From positions 1-64,000 of the forward strand of contig JYFJ02000469.1 in assembly GCA_000934665.2 (NCBI GenBank): 64,000 nucleotides of DNA, given 5' to 3'. Made by a program: the position numbers and the translations under genes. Below, one piece after another: positions 26,437 to 37,200 of this stretch. The notes beneath the pieces were generated by a model, which was given only the letters and a program-made list of their open reading frames with translations, did no database searches and was not told the origin of the DNA. The DNA comes from Catajapyx aquilonaris. Lineage: Eukaryota. Position 1 is the stretch's first letter, and the number at the start of each line of letters is the position of its first letter.

Positions 26437-26572
26437 CAGTTGTAGTACTAGTTTGTTGTACTGTAGTAGTATGAAATTTTGTCATTGTAGTAGTAGTAGT
26501 GGTATAGTAGTTGTTGTCGTATAGTCGTAGTAGTAGCAGCAGCTGTTGTTGTCGTTGTTGCTATTGCTGTTA
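26437..26572. repeat. Imperfect (GTA)n/(GTT)n microsatellite
   Basis: Direct inspection. Confidence 0.75.
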
Positions 26573-28643
26573 CACGAAAATGCACGAACTAGGGTTCGAA
26601 TAATCGGAAGCTAACTGATGAAGATAGCCCGTAAATGGTTCGTAAATGGAAAAGTGCCCTCAGGGGCCACCCAAAACTCCTTCCATAGGTTGTGGGGGGC
26701 TGTAAGTTTGTTTTAGAAGCCTCCAATTGGGGGGGCTTACCCTGTAATTTAGACGGGCCGAGGGGTTAATTCAGGTAATTGAAAGCGTCAGACAGGTTCG
26801 GACCTAGAGGGCATCATTTTTTTTGTACCCTTTAACCCTCCGTTTTTTTTTAAAAAAAGGAGTCCGTGTTGGATTATGACGTGGTTAAGTATGCCCGAAA
26901 GGTACGGCTCACTGTGTCAATATTTCAGCAGGGGCATTACCGGTTAAATTACAGCTCACTATCGCTGGACGAGAGGGTTCATTGTGAATATTAAGCGCAT
27001 GATAGCACCCAGCGATTACTTCCAAAAAAAAAGTCTATTAAAATTGTATTAGTGTACGATGTACTCATAGGTCTCCCCCCTCTTTACGCAATTAAACCCA
27101 ATTGTGTTCGAAAATTGTGTGGTATTACGTCATATCATAGGGGAGAGGTAATATGGACAGAACATGAAAGGTAATTGAACTCTAGAGCTCAACATGTATA
27201 TGCGACACTCGCGAAAAACAGCTGCACCATTATTATTAAAATTACAATCAAAATTTAGGCACCCATTAGAATTTGCTCTCTTCTTACATAACAGTCTCAG
27301 GAACGTACTTAATGGGTTCGCGTGGCAGAGGTATCAACAGACCTTTTGATTGCGACGTTGCCAAAATGTCGGAGCCCACGTCGCGGTTCGGACAAATCTT
27401 GCGCAAAATTCTCAACTTTCAAGCTCATGTTTTCACCACCTATAGGCAACAGACATCCCCCTCCCGCATCCTAGCTCTGATTGTTGCACTATTCACCAGT
27501 GCAGCAACCGCATGTTGATCCAATTTGGCCCCAACTTTAGTGACCCATCCAAGCAGGACAAGCTTCCAAACTTCCAAAAGCAAGGGGCCAACAACTGACC
27601 TCTCTGAATACAAGTTTAATCAGCAGGAAAAGCCGTCCATTCAAATAGCCGTCGCCGACAAATTGGCAGAGAAAGGAAAGGACCCCAAAAGATCTAACGT
27701 CCCAATAGAAGAAGGGGGGGTCCAATGTCCAAAAAAAATTATATAAGGGGAAGAAGAACGGTTCCTTGGTAGCCATTCGAGTGCTTCCAACCTGCAAATA
27801 GGACGGAAAAAAAAGCAGATGTGTAGTTCCTATAGCAAAAAAAGGGCGTATCTGGTGGTCGGATAAGCGCGATTGTAATCTTTGAACGACTATTGCCCGT
27901 CCTATTTGGACGCAAATTGCTTTCTCTGGCAATCTATAGGCAGGAATTGCACCGCCTACATGACAATAGCTTTATAGCCTAAAAGGACAGTCACCATAAC
28001 TTCTGCGCTGCGAAGTTTCGACTATAGAAGACACGGCATTAAAAAAAAGCGTGTTCCGGGTGGAGCCAAGTGATTGCACCGTTTTTACAACCTTGCCACT
28101 GTTAATTAGCGCTCCAAACTATTAAGCCCACGCAGGTGTGAATGAGTGCATCTGCATACGGAGCATTAAACGTTACTGACCTTTTTCGACGTTTTTTTTT
28201 TTTTTTTTTTTTTAATGGCACCATAGGGTGTGGTTACCTCCCACAGGGAATCATTTGTCTATGTCGCAAAAATTGGTTATGAATTGAGTTTGACCCGTCC
28301 AGAAGAAGAGTGAAACCTGAGGCCATCTTCAACCATTAATCAAGTCCACACCATCCCTTTCTTGTGGATCGAGTGAAGACAGGACTAACAGGAAAACACG
28401 TTATTATAAGACTAGTCAACCAAAAAAACAAAAAAAAAAAAAATGTCATCAGACCACATTCTGTCATGTGTGGCTGGTCCGGTAGTATCAAGTGGTCATT
28501 ACCATCTCCACTCGTAAAAGAGTGTCACTGACGCTCTTTCAGTCATTAATGCCATACTGGTTTACAAATCAATTTAAATAAATGCGAAGAACTGGCTGGT
28601 GAAGACATGGGGCTGGTCTTCAGACAAAATGTACAGCCACAGA

Positions 28644-28755
28644 AGACCTGAAGCTCAAATTAGCCTCCAACAGAGGTGAAGCTCAAATTAGCCTCCAGCA
28701 GATTCGGAAGGAGGTAGGAGGGCCTCTGTTGGAGGCTAATTTGAGCTTCAGGTCT
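28644..28755. mobile_element. 112-bp element with perfect 33-bp terminal inverted repeats and an internal partial direct copy (MITE-like)
   Basis: 28644-28676 is the reverse complement of 28723-28755. 28677-28702 repeats most of the left arm. No clear TSD. Confidence 0.6.
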
Positions 28756-28830
28756 GCTACATTACTCCTTTCCACGACTGTGTAGTACAGTACTGTACAG
28801 TATCTTCTGGAGAGTTCGTACACAATTTGA

Positions 28831-28851
28831 GTAAACATGTTGCTAGGCAAT
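28831..28851 (+). promoter_or_regulatory. Forkhead site (GTAAACA) abutting an RFX X-box (GTTGCTAGGCAAT)
   Basis: GTAAACA at 28831-28837 and X-box at 28839-28851, about 90-110 bp upstream of the CFAP210 ATG. Confidence 0.65.
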
Positions 28852-28938
28852 GGCATTTGGTTGGGTCGATGAGGCGGAAGGGTCAAGAGCAAATCGGGTC
28901 GTTTTATTCGCTCGGTAGTTCAAAATCAGGGGAGGAGG

Positions 28939-30774
28939 ATGATGAACTGGAGGGACCAGGACAAGAAGGGTCATCCGACCCGGTACCTGCTGTCGGACAA
29001 GGAGTGGGAGAGGATCAAGTATGCGGTGGTCAAACCCAGGGTTGAGGAAGAGAGGGCCCAGGCCCAACTGAAGGAAAGGGAGAGGAAGAACGCGGAATGC
29101 CTGGAGGCCACTGCAGACTGGGAGAACAACATCAAGAACATGAAGGAACGTCGGATGAAACAGATAATGGAGAAGGCGGAGAAGGAAGAGGAGGTGAAGA
29201 AGCTGGAGGACGTTGAAGGTGCGATCAGAAGGGCCAAAGAGAAACAGGCCATCATAGACGAGGCAGAGAAGCTCATACACTGCCAGAAGGACGAGGTCAA
29301 GCGACTGCATCAGGCCATGATGTACACTGAGGTATGTATAATGGTCACGTCTGTGGATATAGGCCTACACTGCACAACTATGTGAATTCAGGTGCTGCGA
29401 GAGCGACAGAACCAGCTTGTGCTGAAGAATGCTCTGAGGGATGAGGAGAGGAAGATGGACGGTGTACTGGAAGCCCAGGCTGAGGAAAACCGGAAGAAGA
29501 AGATCGAGGAGGAGAGGCAGAGGATGTGCCAGTACCAGAACATGGTCATTAGCAACACCAAAGACATCTTGGAGCAGTAAGTTTGATTGCTGTCATTGGG
29601 AGTCATTGGTGTAACGTGATGTTGCTTTCAGGGTGAAGATGTCTGAGCAGAAACGGGCACAGGAAAAGGAGGCAGGATGGAAGGAAACAGAGGAAAATGC
29701 ACGCAAGTATCAGGAATACTTGAAGGAACAGCAGGATCTGAAGGAAAAGGTAAGGGCTGAAACATTGAACCAAAAATAACAATATTATATTAGTGACCTG
29801 TGTAAAAAGGTGACACATTCACACATTGAAATGTTGCCTCTCATGCTTTTCCAGAAATGGGCGGCACGCAAACTCCTGAAGGAGGATAACGAGAAACAAT
29901 TGCGGGACCGGGAATACATGAAGCAGATCGTAAGGGAGCGAGAAGAGAAGGCTGCACGGGACCTGCAAAAGTTTGAAGTGGCAGCGGGCAACCTTAACGC
30001 AAAGTTGAAGGAGCGTGCAGGCGAGGTACGTAGGGAGACCTGTTAAAATACAAAGGATTACTGTATGTACTGTATGATATACATACCCACTATTTACCTG
30101 GTACCTTCCAGCTGAAGCGTGATATAGAGATGCAGCGCCAGAAGCTCCGCGACAACGTGGCTGGACTGATGAAGACAAAACAGATGGACGAGATGGCCCT
30201 CATAAACAAATGCATCGCGGAGCGTGATGCAGAATCAAAGCGCGTTGAGGATGAGAAGCGTGAGAAGAGGACCCGCATTATAGCTGACCTGGATGCCCAC
30301 CGTAAGTCACAAATGGAGCGAAATGCCCAGGCGGAGCAGGCAGCGAAGGAGGAAGGACGCCGCGAGTTCCTGAAGGCCCAAGAGTCGCTGGACCAATGGA
30401 ATCAGCAAGAGAAGGACAGGCTGCAGAAGCGTCGTGAGGAAGCAAAGAAGGTGACAGAATTCCTCCACCAGCAGTGGAAGGAGAAGCTTGACAAGGAAGG
30501 GTTGGACGGGAAGAGGGACCGCAAGATCAAGGAGGAGATCCAACAGAAGATGGCAGATGAGGAGAAAGCATTCCAGACTTACGCCTCGGAGATCATTAAG
30601 GACTACGAGGAGCGGGGGGCCAACACTCACCCTCTGAAAGTTGAAGCGGGCAAAGGGCTGGGCGTGATGCACAAGCCCGCTGAGAATAAAAATGCGCTCT
30701 TATGCAGTGAGAAGATGAAGCCTCACATGCACAAGGCCAACACCACCGCCGAGCGCCTTGGGTTCGTGTGGTGA
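28939..30774 (+). CDS. CFAP210: CFAP210/CCDC173-like cilia- and flagella-associated coiled-coil (trichohyalin-plectin-homology) protein, 509 aa
   Basis: Exons 28939-29331, 29392-29576, 29632-29749, 29855-30025, 30112-30774 (1530 nt, all GT-AG, in frame). Motifs EWERI..., WENN..., QKDEVKRLHQAMMYTEVLRERQNQ and C-terminal RLGFVW match CCDC173 as I recall it. E/K/R-rich helical composition. Confidence 0.85.
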
Positions 30775-30790
30775 AAAAAATTGTACGTTG

Positions 30791-30796
30791 AATAAA
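30791..30796 (+). terminator. Polyadenylation signal AATAAA of the CFAP210-like gene
   Basis: Canonical hexamer 16 nt after the TGA. Confidence 0.6.
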
Positions 30797-31170
30797 GGCA
30801 AGTTGTAACTTAAAATCTTTTCCTATTCAGTAAATCTGCTTTGAGCATAGGAACATCTTCCACCCTTGATAACGCAAATGCTATGAGCACCTGTCAAAAT
30901 AAAAATATCTTTAGGGCTACTGGTGGATTTAAAAAAAAAAAAACTTATATAAAAAAGCAAGAGCTTGTATTTGTCAGTAAAAAAAGACTTTGGCAGGAGA
31001 AGAAAAATACTCAAACAAACACGTGAGGCGCTTTAACACACTTTGGCTTTGGTGGTACTCAGAGTCAACCTTTCACAACAGGCAGCATTGCCATAAACTT
31101 AACGCTAGAAGTAGTCCACGTGCTGGTTCACAGGATAAAACCTAGCAAAACGGCAGTTTTAAGAAGTTTT

Positions 31171-31176
31171 TATATT
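31171..31176 (-). terminator. Candidate variant polyA signal AATATA for the PACT gene
   Basis: tatatt on the plus strand about 120 nt past the stop. I saw no canonical AATAAA on the minus strand in the 30775-31294 spacer. Confidence 0.3.
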
Positions 31177-31294
31177 CACTTGTCTGTCAAAAAAGAGACT
31201 CGGAAGCTATGCACTTTGCACAGATGACGAAGACGTCTCCTTGCATCGATGCCTATGAACACTCGGGGAAGTTGCGGCTCTCACGCGTTGCCTC

Positions 31295-34200
31295 TCACTT
31301 GCGGCGATGCCCCAGACGCTGATGAACCTGGTCAAACTGATCAATGTACTTTCTCAGTGGGTCGCTGGTGGTACGGGGTGCCGCACCTGCACCACTGTTG
31401 TGGCTCCCTCTGGCCACCACTGGGCTCATGTCCATGTCACTGGGCTTGTCCTTGGTTGGCGGCGAATCTTGCACCCTCCCGAAAAGTGCCCTCCTCGTCC
31501 TGCTGGATGTCTCATTCAGGAAACCCTCTGGCACCAGAAAGCTCCGAGTCCCTTTGACATCGAAGACCCGCGTGCTAATCTTCTTCCCTGTGTGCCACCT
31601 CTGAACCAAATAATGCATCCGTATCATTGCTACCACAGCCATTACAGCCACCTTGAAGCGCTTCTTCCCGGTCATCTTAAACTCAGTTATCCCATACACG
31701 GTCATGGTCAGTCCAGGCATCCCGACAGTGACCTCCGCTTTTGTCCGCTTCAGCCCCGTCAGTACAACCAGCAGGTATCGCTTCTGCCACGTCAGAGCCT
31801 TTCTGTACGACTCTGCCCGGAGACAACGTGCATAGAGGTGCAGTATGGCATTGGGGTCAACCTCCATGGCGTTGGGCGTTCTGCCACGAATCTTGTTCAG
31901 TGCAGCTTCAGCTTCAGAACGTGCCAGAAGGTCGTGCAATCCTTCCCGCTCCTGTGACCATAAGCGACGCTCCGTTTCTAGGTTGCGCTCCCACTCTGGA
32001 GGCATGCGTCGCTCAGCAAGACTCTTTCCTTCAGCCTGTGCACGCTGAAGTTGTGCCTGGAAACGGAAGTCAAAGGATTCGCTAATGACTTCCTGAAAGA
32101 ATGGTATACGTGGATTCTCAGTCACTCACCTGCAGTGCACTTATTCTTTCTCGCATCCCTTCCCTCTCCTTGGTGAGAGACAGCAGGGACTGCTTGATGC
32201 GGCTGTTTTCGGCAATGTTTTCTGCCAGAAATTCGTTGACGTTCTTCATTCTCTGGAGTAGCGGAGCGGGCACTTCGCTGGAGGCCTTCTGCAGGTTGAG
32301 GTCTTGCTGCAGCCTCTTCTCCCTCTCCTTCGCCTGCTCCAGCTCTCGCTGCAAGACAGCCACCTGCTGGTTCATCTGCCGCATGTCCTGCAGGTACTCC
32401 TGCATGTTCTGCCTCGCCTCCTCAAGGCTCACCTCCATTTTCCGCCTATCCTTGCCTTCCCTCTCACGCTCTTCCTCCCGGCGATACTTACTGGAACGCA
32501 GCTCTGCCTGAAAGTGGACATGAAGTTCAGTGCATTATGAAAGTGGCAAACCTGCAACGATTGCCTTCAAAAACATCAACAGCGCAAAGAACATCTCAAG
32601 GTTCATAATGCCAGTATCCACATCAGAATATCGCAAATACAGATAACCCACCTGAATGGCAGAGAAGCGCTTCGTAATCTCCTCCTTCTCGATCTCGGCT
32701 CTCCTCCCATACTCTCGCTCCCTCTGGACATCTCGAAAGAGGGACTCATTCTGCTCCTGCAATGTCTGGAGTGTGTATCTCAGCTGAGCCGAGGCTGTCC
32801 TCTCTGCCTCCAGCTGGTGGGTGAGCATGTCCTTCTCCTGAGCAGTCTTCTGGGCTCTGCTAGAGGACTGCAGTCGCTCCAGACCCAAGGCCGCACCCAG
32901 CTGGGCCACCCGCTCCCTCTCTGCTTCCAGTCTGGCCTGGAGAACGTCAGATGTGTCGCCTTCCCCATCATCTGGACTGCGGGGCAGGGAGGTTGAAGAT
33001 ATGTCCTCCCGGATACGCTCAATGCGCCTGCGAAGGTCCACCTCCCGCTCCAACTGCACACGTATATTCTCTGATGCCTCGCGCTCCTTAGACAGGCAAT
33101 CTCGTAATTCCTGAAATTTCAGATTCAATCGCATGACCTACATAATCGGGAACTAACAAGATGCCATTCTGCCTACCCTCAAAGTACGTGCAAAATTATT
33201 AAAAGGTATGACTCCAACTGACCGATATAGTAGCAGAATCTCTCTCTGTGGCTGCCTTTGCTAGCTCCCTCTGGGACTCGGCTGCAGCCTGCATCTGTGA
33301 GAAGTTGGCTTTCTCAGTGTTCAGGGCTGCTTCCATCGCAGCCGCCCTCCTCTGCCCTTCATCTACCAGCTTCATGGCCTTCTCGTACTCTGACTGGGCC
33401 TCCACCAGCTGCCCCCTGAGCCTTCCAACCTGGTCCTGGAGGGCCTCAGCTTCAGCCTGCAAGTCCACAGCCTTGACCTTCTCGCGGGCAAACCTGCCAA
33501 CCATTTCCACTGCACGATCCTTCTCCAGCTGCAGGCTTCGCCGCAGCTCATCAGCCATCTGCAGCATTTAAAAGAGTCAGATTTGATGGCAACAACATAT
33601 TATGCTTTGTCAGCTATCACGTCACCTGTCCCTGTTGCTCCAGGCGGATGACCACTTGATCGTTAGTCCACAACTGCTCCATCTCCTTCCGCCCCAGCTC
33701 CTTCTCCAGACGAGCCAGCTGCGCCAGAAGCTGCCTCCTCTCCTCCTCGTGCTGAATCCCTCCCAGTGCCTTCTCAGCCGTCTCGCTATTCATGGAATGC
33801 AACTGGCTCAAGGTCAGAACCTGGGCTCCTCCCTGCTGAACCTTGTCGACTGCAGCTTCCAGGGCACGAAGCGGGGTGGAATTGATGGGCCTGGGGGATT
33901 CGTCAGAGTCGGAAAATGGGCCGGACATCAGCGACGTGGGTGAGTGAGCATCTTCACCACCCATGGAATGGTTTTCCAGCATGCCCAAGAGGCTCATGTC
34001 CAGCCTGCTAGAGAAGCCCTCTTCCTGCTGCACCTGCTTCAAGATGACGTCCATAGAACCTGACGGGAAGGAGGATCATAAGCATTCGTTATGGTCACTC
34101 TATCTCTCTTGATGTCGTATTCGTAATCCTAAAGCAATAATGCGAGACATGGGGTCAGCCAAAATTTCAGTTGCATACATGAAAAAGAAAAGGAAAGGAA

Positions 34201-37200
34201 GGAGAAGGAGACAAAAAAAACCCTTGAAATTTTGGGTTATTTACAACGTCTTTCCTTGTGAATGGCGCAGAAGAATACTCCACATATCTCAAATTCAAAT
34301 CATTATTCCCATATGGCGCATCAGCATTTAGAAATCTCAAAAATACACATATTTCCCCCCAAATTTAGCTGAAAAGAGGTTCTACGTATGGCTCACAATT
34401 ACAAGCACATGTACATGGAGTTCACATGTTAGTATGCGGACAGGGCATTAGAAAAATGTTCGCAGGCTGTTGCACGATGCTTTTTGCATATTTCTGAAAG
34501 GCTAGCAAGAGAGTAGTCATGTGTTTTCAAAAACCAGACATTTGGCACCAGACACAACCGACAGTCAATTCATGCAAATGCCGTGGTTTTAGAAACGCTT
34601 ACGTCCAGACCCCTCCTCTCTTGCTACAACTTAAAAAAAAAAAAAAGGGCAGGCAATCCTTGGCAAGCTGCGGAAATGGCCAGGTTGCATGCCATGCAAC
34701 CCAACATCATCGTAAAAATCTACCTTCAGATTTGGATTGATCACTCTCATCCTTAGCACCCTTCATGTGGCACCTGCAAGCGGCCACGATTTCCCTGAGC
34801 GCATCCACGTCCGCAGAGTCTCCGACCTGCACCTCCTTGGAAGCCATGACTTTGTTGCTCTGGGCTTCGTATTTGTTCTTGAGTCGCCTCAGCTCCTCCA
34901 TGTGCTTGACCCTTTCCTGCCTCACCCTCTCCTCCACTTGCTCCTCACAGCCGCATCCTCCCTCGATGTTCTGCTCAAGAATTCGCTTCAGACGGTTCAC
35001 AGCTTCTGTGTGCTTTACCTTCAGCCGATCCATCTCAAGGCTGTGCCTGGCGTGAGACTCAGCTTCGACCTTTACTCGCTCGTGCCGAAGTTCCTGCTCG
35101 TAGCGTCCCTCCATATCTCGCACCTGGTCTAGGTGCTTGCCCCACAGCGACTTAAGATGGTCAACTTCTTCCTGACTGGCAACATCGGCCCTCGCATCTT
35201 TAAGCCTTTCCATGAACTGGTCGTACATCGAGTGAGCCTCATTGCGCTGCTGTTCCAGGAGCTTCTCCATTTTCAGCTCATAGGCAGCTCCAATCCGTGC
35301 TGAACACACTTCCTTAATGTTATCTAAGTGGCGGCAATGTACGTCTGCCATCTTGGCAGAGACTTCTTTGAAACCTGCTTCAAGCTGGTCTAGGTCATGT
35401 CCCATTGAATCATGATTCATCGCAGGTGGGTTCCATTCGGGGCACCCTATGATACGGATGTCCGCTTCGTGGCGCATCTGGGTTTCACGTAGCAGGGACT
35501 GGAAATGGGTGCACAGGACCTCCATCTCACGACGACCTGCCGCTCGCCCATGGTCTGCCTCGATGCGGGCCGACTTGCAGGCAGACGCTCGAGCCTCGGA
35601 CAGCTCGTGCTGCTTCCGATTGTAGGCTTCCTGGAGACGCTTCATTGCATTGGCGTGGTTTCGCTCCAACTCTAACCCCAGGATGACCCCATTCAATTTA
35701 AATTCTTTATCACTACCTGCCACCAACAAACACACCCACACGCACATCTGCACTCGTGTGGTTGTAACCTGCTTCCAGATGCCTCCTGACCATGCCTAAT
35801 TGTCTAATCTCTTTTGTACTGGGGATGAAAACAGGAAGTGGACATTACCTCATTCCCACTTTCAAACCGAATCAAATATTTGGGAATAGTAAATACTGGT
35901 CAAAAATCATTTCAATTTATACTTCGGAAGTAATGGCTGGTTCAGCAAGAGGCACCTTAGAAATCAGGCCCAATCGCATCTCTTTCTTCATAGCCCTCCC
36001 TTTCCCTGCAACAACCGACCTTCTCTCTCGTGCTGCTGGGCCTCGTCCACCCTCATCAGCCTCTCCTCCAGTTCTCCCTCCCTAATCCTCATCTGCTGGG
36101 CCTCCCCCTTCAGCCCCTCCAACGTCTCCTTGGTGCTCCGGAGTTCGGACTCCAGAGCGACCTTCTCGGCCTCCAGTTTTCCCAGCTGCTGCTTGGCTTC
36201 GACCAGCTCGAGCTTCGTTTGCTCCGGACTGACTGCTCCGGCTCTCTCCGCATCCCTGTCGGCTTCTATTCCTTGCATCTTGCGCAGGAGGTACTCCTCT
36301 TGGCGACAGCTGCGGTCAAGGCGTTCCTCCAGGATGCGCTTTTCATTGGTGATGATCTGAGGAAAATTAGGGCGCATGATTAATATTCTGTTGATATACA
36401 GGGTGTTGTAATGTCGGTTTTAGGCCATGATTTTTTTGGTCCGGCTTTAGAGGTTATTATAATAAGAATTAGTGAATAATACGAGCTTATTGTTGAATTT
36501 CAATATCAGTCGAGGCACTCATTTGAGACTTTACAGTATGACTCACCTGCATCGTTCGGCCTTTCTCTGCCAGTTCTCGCCTGAGTGCATCCAGCTGCGA
36601 TTCCAGCAGATCGGCCCTCGACTCCCCGTCCATGACGTGGGCCATCTCCTCGGCCTGCTGCTCCAGCCTCTCCTTGAGGGCCTCCAGCTTCCCCTTCTCC
36701 TCCTTGAACTGTTCCTCCCTGGTGTGCATGGAGGCCATCAGCTCCGAGATGATGCCGTTCTTCTCGGTCACCTCCTGACGAAGCTGCTGCTTCTCCCTCT
36801 GTGCCTCGTCGCGCTGTCGCTCCAGCAAGTGAACCCCGGATTCCAGGGAGTCCCGCTCACGACCCAGCTTCTCCACTGCAGCTTCCAGGTCGTGGACCTC
36901 GCTCGGCTTCTCCGATTTGGACGATTCTAGTGCCTGGCGTAAGGTGGTCAATTCCCCCAGCTTCTTCTCCAGACTTGACAGGACAGCATTGTAGTCATCT
37001 TGTAGTTGTTTCTGGATGAAATAAATTTTATATAGTACATTTGAATGAAATGTACCTACTAATTCAGCTAACCTGAGAGTTGTTGAGGTCCAGTATGGTC
37101 ACCTCCAGAGCCTGCACCTTCTGTTGAAGCGCATCTCGCTGGGCAGCCAACTCCTTGTATTGCGCCAGCTCGTCCTCATGTGCCTGCATCTCTACACTCT

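Noticed and set aside
28843..30672. Minus-strand ORFs over the CFAP210-like gene
   Set aside because: Antisense shadows of E/K-rich exons.
34683..34701. Palindrome GGTTGCATG-C-CATGCAACC near a donor site
   Set aside because: Short, and does not fit X-box spacing; may be chance.
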